The notes beneath the pieces are model-generated. The model was given only the letters and a program-made list of their open reading frames with translations, was not told where the DNA came from and searched no databases. Source: Antedon mediterranea (taxonomy: Eukaryota; Animalia; Echinodermata). Taken from it: a stretch of 64,000 nucleotides of DNA. The first letter of the stretch is position 1; each line of letters opens with the position of its first letter. Below, one piece after another: positions 52,765-64,000 of this stretch. The position numbers and the translations under genes were made by a program. The DNA is taken from NCBI RefSeq assembly GCF_964355755.1, contig NC_092671.1, positions 35,846,304 through 35,910,303 on the forward strand, given 5' to 3'.

Positions 52765-55700
52765 TTATGATTCGTCTGTGTTTGTATCTTCTGAAGCCAT
52801 TGCGTTAAAACTTATTTCAAAATCCTGATCTTGCGATATGAATGAATGTCGAAAGTTTTCTTTCTTGGTAATATCACGTGACAGTATCGAATGGCGTACC
52901 GTCTCCATTCCCTCGGGAAAGAGGTCCGGTTCGAACTCGGTATCTTGCGTGATCTGTGGAGATTTCCGATTTCGGTTTTTACACTTTAAGTAGGAAAAAT
53001 AGCAAGATAGGGCAAGAACGGCGCCAATAAGTGCGGAACTGAGCGAGATTAGGATTAGGTAGGTCAGCTCAAGACTGGTAATACTCTTGCATGGTTCGTC
53101 TATAGGATCATCTGGTGCTTCAATGGCTAATGCCAGTTGTAATGGTATTCCACCAGAAGCTAAAAGAAACAACAAATGGAATTTACATTTCATTCATTCA
53201 TTCATCAGTGGTAAAAATATTTATTGAGTTAAGTGAAATACTTAATATTTAAGGTAAATATCTCACCTAAGTGCGATTGGTAAATACGGCCACTGGCGTA
53301 ACGCAGAGGCTTGAGGCTCTTGGTTTAGAAACCCTAAGTGGCCCTAAGTAGCCCTTTTTGAGATATTTTAATGTCTTTTTTCCTCTGGGCATTGCTTAGG
53401 GTCTTCCATAAGATCCGGAGCCCCTGGGTTTGGCCAGTTGAGTGCTCATAGCCGTTCTCCCACTTAGACCCCAGCTAATACTTAAAACCCCAAAATCCCT
53501 TAGACGTGTTCCTTACCTCTTGACACTCTGTTACTATTATGGCAATACTCGATCTCTTTTGCGCATCCAGTGCACATTCCATCAGATGGTGTCTTTGTTG
53601 AACACTGCCGACTTCTGTGCCGTTTTCCTTCCTTCGTACACGGTGTCCACTTATTCCAATTCTTGAAACCATCTGAGGTGACATAACGTACCTCTAAAAT
53701 GTAAATATTATAAAAGAAGTTTAACTATTGTATTTTCTTTCAGCTATAAGTCCATATAGAAACTATAAATAAAGCTGGTGCATAAAAAAGACATGAAACT
53801 AAAATAAAAACTAAATATTGGTCATTACGTATAATCTTTTCTTATTGTTGTTTACTACCTCCGCCAAGGAGGTATATGTAATCGGTAGCGTGTGTTTGTT
53901 TGTTTGTTTGTTAATGAATAGACAGATAGATATGTGGTCAAGGAAATATTGGGACCATTTGGGACCACATTCCCAATTCTGGACCACTTTTTAGTATACT
54001 TTTTCAGACCTGCTAGTGTTAAAAGATAGGACAGAATTTTTCAAAAGCCGGCGAGCAGTCTTAAAGTAACAAGTAAACTTAAATTGCATTTTCTCGAGAA
54101 CTACCTGTCCAAAAAAATTCATTTTTTAACAAGAGGCAAGAGTTATAAGTTGTGATTTGTAATTTTAAAACATAATTTGATTTAATGTGCACGTTTTTTG
54201 ATGCGAGTATAGTTTAAAAAAACCTATTTCTTTTCAAATTCACTCGTTTGATTTTCACGTTGCTGTTCTATTGTTAGTCAACTGAAGCAATTGTTAATTG
54301 AAAGGCTTGTTACATAACCACTACACCAAACTCGCATATACACATGCTTGTAATGAAATTAGCCTAAATCACAAACAGCATTAAGACACACACAAATATA
54401 TATATATTTTTACCGGAGAAATCTTATGTAGGAGAATTTTACAGTAGGCGGAGGTATGCACTCTCGGAGTGGCTTTCTAGTTTATTAATTGAACGAAGAC
54501 TGTGGTCAAAAAAGTTAAGTCTATTGATGTGGTAGTTGCATTAGTTGTAAATAAGAATGGCCAGTCCATTAACAGAGTTTTAAATCTTCATTCATTCATT
54601 CATACACATTTATTTAGTTATTTGACAATAACTGGGGCCCGCACTAGAAGCAATAGCTTGTTTCATGAGGGCCCTTACAATATAATATAAATATGCAAAA
54701 TACATAAAAAGAAATACTGTATAAAACAATAAACAATAAAATTAGTCAATAAGCGACAGAGATAAAATATTGAGCACAACAAAGTAAGTTGTTAAAATGG
54801 CTAATAGATAAAGATTTTCTTTAAGTAATTAAAGATACAGAAAGTTTTATCTTATCAGGGAGATCGATCTATAATTTAGATCCAGTTATTGAAATATTCC
54901 ACTAAAAACAATGATGTTGATGATGTATTTACCTGGTATGCATTCTTCTTTTGTGCATGTGACAATCTCGGTGGAATTGCCTACACATTCCTTCCCTCCT
55001 GATGCTGGTTCAGGATTAGTGCACTGCCGATAACGATGCTTCAGACCATCTTTTTGTTTTGAAGCTGTACACTCACTCCATGGCGTCCAACAAGCCCAAC
55101 CACCATTTACTATAATGAGATTTTATGACGATTATAAAAATAATACTATCGTTTGTCTAATGAAAAAGCATCAAATTTATTTTATTGCATAATTAATGAA
55201 TGTTTATGAGTGTAATGGTACAAATAATGGCATGAGGTAAATGATGAAAAGTTTATATCAATGAGGCAAAGCTGACTTGAAATATAACCATTGCTGCAAC
55301 TTCAATCGCAAAACCAGTTATAACATTAAATCTTCACGGCGGAAGTACAAAATAGGTGCCACTGTATATCAAAACAAAAGTATAAAAAAAATATTTTCCC
55401 AATGTACAAAAGTACTATTGAAAGGCCGTTCAATAGTGTGTACGTACTATTGCATGTCATGTGACCCACAATCGTTTGATCAAATGACAGGAATTTATTT
55501 AGGTGTTATATAACATAAAATAACATCCAAATAATAAAAAATTTAGTATCTTTGTTAATTTACCTGGACAGGCTAATCTTTTGCAAGGTCTTGTCTCAAA
55601 GTCTGGTCCTTTGCAACGACTGCTGCCAGGGAAACAGCCACGATGTCTTGTTTCAACTCCCTCACCACATGTGACGGAACATTCTTTCCATTCTGACCAA

Positions 55701-58700
55701 GTTGTCCAACCACCAAAAGTACCTGGGATAAAGAAAAAAATAATAGAACTATGAAAATATTGTTTAATAAATTTCATTCATTCAATCTTTTATTTCGGAA
55801 TCTCTGGTCCATAGAAAGTAAAATTACATATAAATGAAATAAAAATAAACAAGACTACTAATTACTACAACTCATCTCAGGATGCCATTCCACCTGGAGA
55901 GCATCTTTGACTTATATAAGTCTATAATCTTTGAGACTAAAACATTTTTCTCTTGAATTATATTTTCCAGGATCATCAGTAGGACCAACTTGTTATGATT
56001 ACATCAAATTCATTTATACCTGACTGATCCCAACAGTTCTTGTCATCAAATCGACATGTCTTTACGCTTTCTTTGATTCTTGCGACGTTTATTCGATGTT
56101 GTTCAGGTACGGGTGCACGGCACATGAATCGCATGCGTTTTAAGGAGTATCCCGTGTTGGTAATGTTTGTCACTGTCCACGAGGTCCAAGGGGATGTCCT
56201 CCGTTGATCTTAAAGAAAAAATGTTAACATATTTATTGTAAACGTAATTAAAACATGTAAATGTTCTTCTGCCTTGTTTTTGCTCTTCCTGCTATGTTTG
56301 CCCCATTATTTATACTATACAACATCATACCAGTAAGTATACAGTAAGTGAAGAAACTGAAACTTAAAGATATATTGTCCCCCTAAAAAAATAGGTTTTT
56401 TTTTCCAAATTGTTTTTGAATATGCTATTTTAATGTCACATGATAGTTATTCACTTTGACAAAAACTGGATAAAAAAAAAAAAAATTATTTACCTAAAAA
56501 ATGTAATTTAAAGAAAACAATTCTTAAATTGTCTGTCAGACAACGGTTTATAGTTAAAATAAAACGTTTCTTTTTATATGTGAAATAATAATTATTTTTT
56601 GTTTACAGAAGTGAATAACTTTATTAAAACTGCAAAATGGCCTATTAAAATTGTTCATGTTTTTGTAGGACAATAGATCTTTAATAAGTTAGTAAACTTA
56701 ACAAAATATCTAGTGTAGAATGGGCAACAAATGCTTACCTGGACAAGGCTCTGTATTGCACTCTTCCCACTCAACTGAGTTTCCAACACATCTTTTTGCA
56801 CCCTGGCATTTGCGTGTACGTGATCTGAAACCGCCATAGCACTTTGCTGAACACTCGGTCCATTCTTCCCATTCTCCCCATGCACCTAAAAAGTAGTTCA
56901 AAAATGATGAATACTGTATATACATTTTTTTTAAGGTAAGGTGATACCATTTGTTAATTGTGTTTAACATTATTGTTTAAAGGCTTGCATGGAGAAATCA
57001 AATGTTGATATAAAGTTTGCGGTACACCATGTGTATTAGTTTTGAAAAGAACTGTTGAGTTTCTCGACGTTTCGATCAATTTGCTCTGATCGTCCTCAGG
57101 AGTGAGAAACTTTCTTTTCAGAACTAATACATTACTTTACTTCAAGTTTATGTCAACATTTAACATTATTCTGAATATTTTTCAAACAATATTAATGTTA
57201 TAAATATCCCTACTAAGGATTTTCAAAAATTTCATATTTTATAGTACTAATAATTTTATCATCTACGGTTGCATACAACATAGCATGCATATACACAACA
57301 TGACATAATTCGAATAAACATCAGTTAAAATCTATGTTATAATCTACTATTATTAGGATAATCTAAACTCTATATTCGTTAAACATAGATTCACAAATCT
57401 ACAACAATTATCACAGCAGTTATCACATATAATTAACTCAAAGGCACGATCATATCGTCCTAAAGTCTGTTTTATGTCAGGGGAGGATTCAAGGAGGTGG
57501 GGTAACAGGGTTAATGTGTCACATAATGATGTATTAAAAATATGTATTTGTTATTTAAACTTGAGAAATTATAGGAATATAAGGTTTATACTAAAAATTG
57601 ATATAGCGCCCTCTGTCATTTTAATAACTTTATAATATTGCAATGGGCCATATATAAAATAAAGAAAAAATGTATTAGTAACCTCGAAATAAACATGGGC
57701 ATCTGTGGATAAGAAATATTAATTGGTTATGAAGTCTGGTGGTGAAAGGGTTCAATGGGAGGGGTCACAACAGCATTACTGTATTTAGTTTATTAAAATC
57801 ATGATGTGAATTAATTATAAATATGTACAAACATGTATTAATATTCCTATTAAAAACTACAGTCAACTCTCCAGAATGTAGGCTTTTTTAAGGCTAAAAT
57901 CTATATTATAATAGCCTCATTCCGAAATTTATCTCCTTTTAAACCACACAACCAATAATCTCTGTGTTTCGAGCTAGGTTGTCTTTGAATTCCGCTTTAG
58001 TCCATAGGAAATTTCTTTCAAAAAATGTGTTTTTCAGTCAGTCATTCTTAGCCAATTTCTTTAACAATTGGGTCACAGAGAGGTCATCACTCACTAAATA
58101 GATAGTGTCCATTCATTGGTGGACAGGTATCAACTAGTATTTTTCAAATTAATATTATTGAAAGTTCTAATTTGGGGAGTTTGCTGTAACCTTATTAAAT
58201 CTACAGTAGGTAGTAAGTGTTAGTATTAAAAGGGGGAAAAAAACAATACCATCACTATGAACAAACCAGGGATGTAAATAAAACACGAACGACAAGGGGA
58301 AAACATTTTAGAACAGGTAATAACGGGGAGAAACGTAGAGGAAAGGAAACACAACTGCCGTAAATGGTATAGCAAGCAATTAGGACTTGCAAAAAATGTA
58401 AAAAGCAAACCCAACGCACTTAGGCCACCATCAACTACTGAAGAAGAAGACTGGATGAAGTTAATTAGTTGAAGACATGAGCCAAGAACTGGGTAGGCAA
58501 AATTGATAAGAAAATAAAGAAAGAATACCAAAAAGAAAAGTAATTTTAACAGAAATCGTGTGAAATTAACATATAATTATATAAAAGTGAATAGATACGG
58601 TAATATAAAAGAAAGTTTGAAAATATTAAAACAGATATAAAAAAGTATATATTTAACTTAAAATTTAAATAATACGAAATACTGTATATATTTAACTTAT

Positions 58701-61610
58701 GAATAAGATAACAATTAAGTGAATTATATTTACATTTATGTTGAATCTGTATGTCATATCAATGACAAGAAGAGTACAGTAAAACAAATATCAATATTTT
58801 TTAAAGAATGTAGAACCGAAAAAATACCCGAATAATAACTTAAATTACACTCTAAAGCTCTGTCTACACTATCAAACTAGTTTGACAAAAAAAAGTGTGA
58901 TGTACTGTACCCAAATATGGTAGTGATATGACATCATCATGTCCATGTATGGGCACATTACATTTGTCACATAAAGTTTGATAGTGTAGACAGGGCCTAA
59001 GCCAAGTCTGATGTTCATATGTTTTGATAAATATGGAAATTTATAATTACCTGTACAGTTAACAACTTCAATGGACTGATCTACACAAGGCATACCACCA
59101 CATTTTGGAGCCGGACTATCACACTTCCTCGTTCTGCACATGCACTGCTCCCATCCATTTGGACTATTACAGGTTGCCCATTCGGACCACTTGGAATAAC
59201 CTCCATCAACTACGGTAAAAAAAACAACCAATCAGGTTTAATTTCCAAAACAAATACAGTAGAGCTATAACAACACCAAGCAGTTTACTATAAATTGCAT
59301 AATCAGCAAAAACTTTTTTTACCAAGATGCCAGTTAATTGAATTTGTATTTATTTTTTAATGGGCTTTGAGCACTCTTGAGTGGTATGTACGCTATATAA
59401 ATCCATATTATTATTATTTATTATTATATATGTGGACTAGTACATGTGTGTCAACCCAGAGTCATAACTGAATGTCAACCCAGAAGACCAGTATAAAACT
59501 TTGCTTACCTGGTCCTGTCAGTATTGGGCATGAAGACATGTCTTGAATCCATCTTTCAACATTTTTTCTGTAAACAAATATTTTAATCATAATTATTGAA
59601 CAAAAGAGAAAGTTGATTATTTTGGAATGTAATATTTAATCTACGTCCACAATCAATTGGGACAAAAATGAAAAATAAACACCATGTGAGAAAAAAAAAT
59701 GGAACTGAATATCTCTAAACCCCAAATGGCCTCCGTCAACCTGCTGTCTGCAGACAGTGTGGTATTACCAGTGTTTTGCTAATGCGACTATCACCCTACA
59801 ATCTTAATAAATAAGTGAGTTCTAAATATTGGCAATTAATCATCGCTGTGACAGAAATTAGTTAATTTGAAAGAATCTTTATTATTACAACTTATTTTAA
59901 TAACAGCCAGTGAAGTATAATTCGCAGTTGTTTGAAAATTCATCGGATCATAATTTCAAGAAAATAAACCTATAGGACAGAGGTGAGGAACTCCCAGTGG
60001 TATGTAAAACAGAGCAATTGAGTGGCCCAGCATGATCTTTATGTCTATCTAGAAGACCACAGCTGGTGATTTATTAAATATGATCTTGAATGATGCCAAA
60101 AGTTGGTTTTGTAGTACTTGAATGTTTCATATAACTGACACAAACGCCATGCATTACCCAGAAAGATCTTTTATAAGATAAAAAATAATATTCTGCATAC
60201 ATTCAGAATTACTGACAGCTGACAACTTAATCAGATGGCGTGAATATGAGGAATATATGAGCTAAAAACACTACTGCAATTTTTTACAGGTTTTTAGCAA
60301 ATGTCATAGCAAACTATTATTATTTAAATACGTTAAATGCAGCAAAAGTTACACTTTCTTGTGGTAGGCCTAACTTCTTTCGCAACTTCCTTGTTTTTAG
60401 AATTTGCTAAGGTTAAGAAAGCGATTTAACACCCAACCATGATTTGTTGGCAGCATACTAATATTTATTGGATTTCTGTGTCTCTTTTATCATCTGCCTT
60501 TACAATTATATGCATGATAGTTTTTATTAAAGGGTAAAATGATTATCACAATGAAACATTGACATTGTACAAATTATTGTCTGGCACCTACTAGTTTTAA
60601 AATACCGTGGGAAAGTCATTCAAAAAGATGCAACTTGTAGACTCCAAATCTAATTAGAACTTGTTATTTTTTCCACTTATACTTTCTTTGAAAACACTCA
60701 CGTCATGCTTAACTAAGTGAAAAATTAGCTGTTTAGGATAACTTGTAAGTTGCAATTGCTTTAAAAATATTTATTTATGATTTGTTGTTAGCATGTTATG
60801 TGTTATGTATGCAAGTCTTAAAACTTATGTTATTATTTTGAAGCCCGTCACAGCAAAACAACAAAAGTTAAACAGAATTTCCATTTTAAAAATTAGGTTA
60901 AAGATGTACTGTCCCCCTAAAAAAAATAATTATTGAATGTAAAAAAAAAAATATTAAAAAAAAATTAAATTATTTACCTGAAAAAAAATAGTCAAATTGG
61001 CTGCCAGCCAATGGATTTATTTACTTTATTAAAACTATAAAATGACCTATTCAAAGTCTAATTTAATTAATCTTCATTTTTCATGTTTTTTTTTAATATA
61101 CTGGTAAGGCAATTCAAACTGTCAAATAAGATGTTTTTATTAATGCAACAGTGACCATTGAAGCGTGGAGAGGAGTACGTTCCTGGTAATTATGGTCAAT
61201 TAGCCCCTTCCTGCGGGGTATGCTCAAGGTGACACCGGTGATGAAATGACCCTTTTAAATTGCTATCATAACCGAGCACTGCTGAATGAAAACTTTCAAG
61301 TTCAAGGCTTGAAATTATATAGTACTTGGAAGAATTGATTACAAATTATTTAACTTTCATTCTTTTAACGAATAATAAAATAAATATTTGGATAAAAAAT
61401 ATACATTTGACACTATCTGAAGCCTGGATTTTAAAGTTGTTTATGATATTTGACTTACACTTGGTACTTTGAGACACATTTCTGTTCATCTTCATCCCAA
61501 CCGCAGTACGGATCCCTGGCACCAAGACACGTTTCCTGAGTGACAAAGCGTCCGCACCTGTGCACCGGCACCATCATGACCTTATTCTGCAGGCCTACAT
61601 ATAGCACACC
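52765..61610 (-). CDS. SEMA5: Semaphorin-5 (end of sema domain, PSI, TSP1 repeats, TM, cytoplasmic tail); 5' part not found in the window
   Basis: Exons 61610-61459 (LYVG..RC..CLGARDPYCGWD), 59567-59509, 59209-59051 (TSP1 CMCRTRKCDSPAP), 56885-56739, 56208-56020 (Sema5-type atypical repeat SPWTSW..RFMCRA), 55722-55564, 55109-54933, 53693-53517, 53159-52765 (TM, stop). Confidence 0.92.
53852..54482 (+). mobile_element. Helentron-associated element (HINE / DINE-1-like)
   Basis: 5' subTIR TACCTCCGCC plus partial inverted GGAGGTA, (GTTT)n microsatellite, 3' subTIR GGCGGAGGTA, stem-loop CACTC-TCG-GAGTG, terminal CTAG|TT. Confidence 0.85.
57033..57130 (-). mobile_element. Penelope-like pLTR fragment with inverted ends
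   Basis: GTATTAGTTTTGAAAAGA / TCTTTTCAGAACTAATAC inverted ends around a hammerhead motif. Homologue at 163-231. Confidence 0.65.
57060..57105 (-). ncRNA. Minimal type I hammerhead ribozyme motif
   Basis: Minus strand CUC-CUGAGGA-C-GAUCA(gagcaaau)UGAUC-GAAA-CG-UC-GAG: helix I CUC/GAG, 5-bp helix II, palindromic ACGU in place of helix III, GUC cleavage triplet. Confidence 0.75.
58250..58434 (-). pseudogene. Degenerate or mis-called Sema5 TSP repeat-2 exon
   Basis: AG acceptor, begins VDGG, Cys positions match TSP2 spacing, ends at a GTATTG donor. Length is 185 nt, 1 nt short of preserving phase. Confidence 0.6.
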
Positions 61611-64000
61611 CTATTGAGATTTAAAACAAAACATGCGTAACACAACTCTTTCGGTTTACAATCCATCCAAACACGCAGTAGGTAATTGTTACGTGGACCA
61701 TGAACTCCCTATAGATTTATTACGACCGATTCGCCACGTTTTGTACACCTTCATGTACCGGTCGATTTAGCTTTATGCGCCAAGAAAAAAATACCCGGTG
61801 GGAATATAAGACGAGATAATGTTGAAACGATATCTAGGACAATGCTAGAATCTCCATCAGTGACGTTAGTTCTAAACATTAATGTATCGGTTTTTAAAAG
61901 CCTTGCGGTCAAACAAGGAGCGATTCTCTCATGGGTCTGGATAATAAGATTCTTATCGTCATTTTTAATAGATTCTTTACTGGTTTTTATCACCGCTCTC
62001 TTAAACTATGACTTTCATTCTTGTTCAAATGAATGTTAACAATTATTCTGCCTTTTATCTGATATCTTTATATGATAGCATGCCATTATATTATTATACT
62101 GCTGAAATGTATTAATAAAATATTGTCTATTATATGAATTAGATATTGAAAGGAGTTTGCTATGAAGATGATAGAAAAAATCTTTTGAAAATGGTTTGAT
62201 GATGGACGTCAATCAATTTTGGTGTTAAACTTTTGGTGAATGTTTTTAAAATATGAATTGGACTTAAGCTGGTATTTTATGTCATTTTATGGTGTTTTAT
62301 GAATGTGTGGATCTGCATATAATGCTATAATTCAGTTTACAGTAGGAGATAATATTTTGTTTGTGTTTTGAAGTTATTCAATTAAAAACTTACCCTCTCC
62401 ACGTCAAGTTTCATAGTCTTTACGATCGCATGCTCACCATTCTAAAAAAGAGAGTTAGAAATGTTCAATATGTGTGGGCAAATAATCAATATAATTGGTT
62501 AATTTTTTTTCTTCTATTAGATTTTAGTTCTTTTGGAACAATATTAACATCAAAGCTATGAAATACACTACAAAAAATAAATTTCAATCAACAGTTCAGT
62601 TCACACTTTAGGGAAACAATTGCATAGAATTGGCTATGTCACGACTAGTTTGAAAGACAAATAATATATACCATGGCTGCTGTGTCTAGGCCCTGTTTGA
62701 ACTGCTAACTCCCAAGCACTCGGCGGTGGTGAGAGAGATACGTATGGGGTTAAGAGCAAGGAATTAGACAGCAATTTTGTGTTTTACCTTGATATGTCGC
62801 CTAGGAGATTTTAAAGTGTTCCAACAGGATATGCCACTTAAATTATACAAACTAAAGTAAAGACACTATGCCTTGTTTGCAGTTAAACTTTATGTGATAT
62901 GCCCATATTTGGACATGATGATGTCATATCACTACCATATTTGATCATATCACTACCATATTTGGGGACATCACACTTTTGTGTCAAACTAGTTTGATAG
63001 TGTAGACAGAACTTTATATAGTAGATCAATGCCATTTAATACCCACAAAATGTTCAAAATATATTCAGATTTTGGTTTTTAAATTTTAAAATGTATTTTT
63101 CCCTGCTAAAAAAAGTATATAAACAAAAACAGATCCCAAACGCAGTTTTTTAACTTTAAATGTTATTATTTCCTGCTCAAAAAAGTTATATTGTATTAAT
63201 AAACAAAAACAGAATTGATATGCGATATTCCCAGGGTGCAATCCATCCAATCTTAGGAAGTTGTTATTTAGGCAACTCCCTTGCTATCACAACTGACACC
63301 ACCTACTAGAAGTAGACTACTCTGACATGTGCATTTCCTGTGGTTCGTTCCACCATTGTTTCATTTTCAAATGATTATTAATATATTTATCATATTAAAA
63401 TCTTGAAGCATAAAAAACAAATTACAAATGTCACATTCAGTTTCCTCCTTTTGTCTTTTTCGATGCACTATCTGTCTGTTTATTTTCAAAACGTTTATCC
63501 ACAAACAATAATATTACATCTCTGATTTGTTATCAATTGGTAACTGAAAGTTAGTTGATGTTTAATGAATAAGACAAACACTATGCAAATTTACGTCTCA
63601 ATAAGCCCACAAGAAATTATCATTATCCTATGCAGTAGAATTCCACTTTGAGACACAATGTTTACGGTAAAGGGAAATTTTTCTTGAAATTTCTCATGAA
63701 ATAAACAAGGGCAATATATGTTTCACCATGGACCCCAATGGAAACTAATTATTTTTTTTGGATTAATTGGGTTGTCCTGAATTCATCATTAAATGTTTTT
63801 CATTTGACTGTTTTTATGTATATTATGTATGATGGATGTATTGATTTGAAATAAAAACAAACAAACAAACAAACATCCCTATCCAATGGACACCCCTATT
63901 AAACAAACTAGTTAAATATACTTATCCACCAAATATTATATTAATGTGCATTACCGCTTAAAATCTCTAACCACCAGAGTGGGATCTGGATAACTTAACA

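Overview
AT-rich, intron-rich invertebrate animal DNA (GT-AG introns and gene content suggest a deuterostome such as an echinoderm; this is inference only). Five spliced genes were reconstructed by hand: (1) the 3' part of a PLP-dependent aminotransferase class V / cysteine desulfurase-like gene (+, <71-3960); (2) a complete type II membrane M13 zinc metallopeptidase, neprilysin/ECE-like (-, 10635-32781, 16 coding exons); (3) a PEX11 gamma-like peroxin (+, 36370-38555); (4) a receptor tyrosine kinase with FN3-like ectodomain and HGD catalytic loop (-, about 39662-49745); (5) the 3' half of semaphorin-5 (-, 52765->61610). Introns and intergenic DNA are full of non-autonomous mobile elements. 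The most notable observations are a five-element Russian-doll stack of Helentron/DINE-1-like elements filling an 8.5-kb ECE intron, minimal hammerhead ribozyme motifs in Penelope-like LTR fragments, a Mutator-like element nested in an RTE LINE tail, and a semaphorin-5 TSP repeat-2 exon that keeps its cysteine spacing but is otherwise converted to hydrophobic residues and is 1 nt out of phase (real decay or consensus error). No CRISPR, rRNA or true tRNA genes were seen. All coordinates and counts were obtained by eye.
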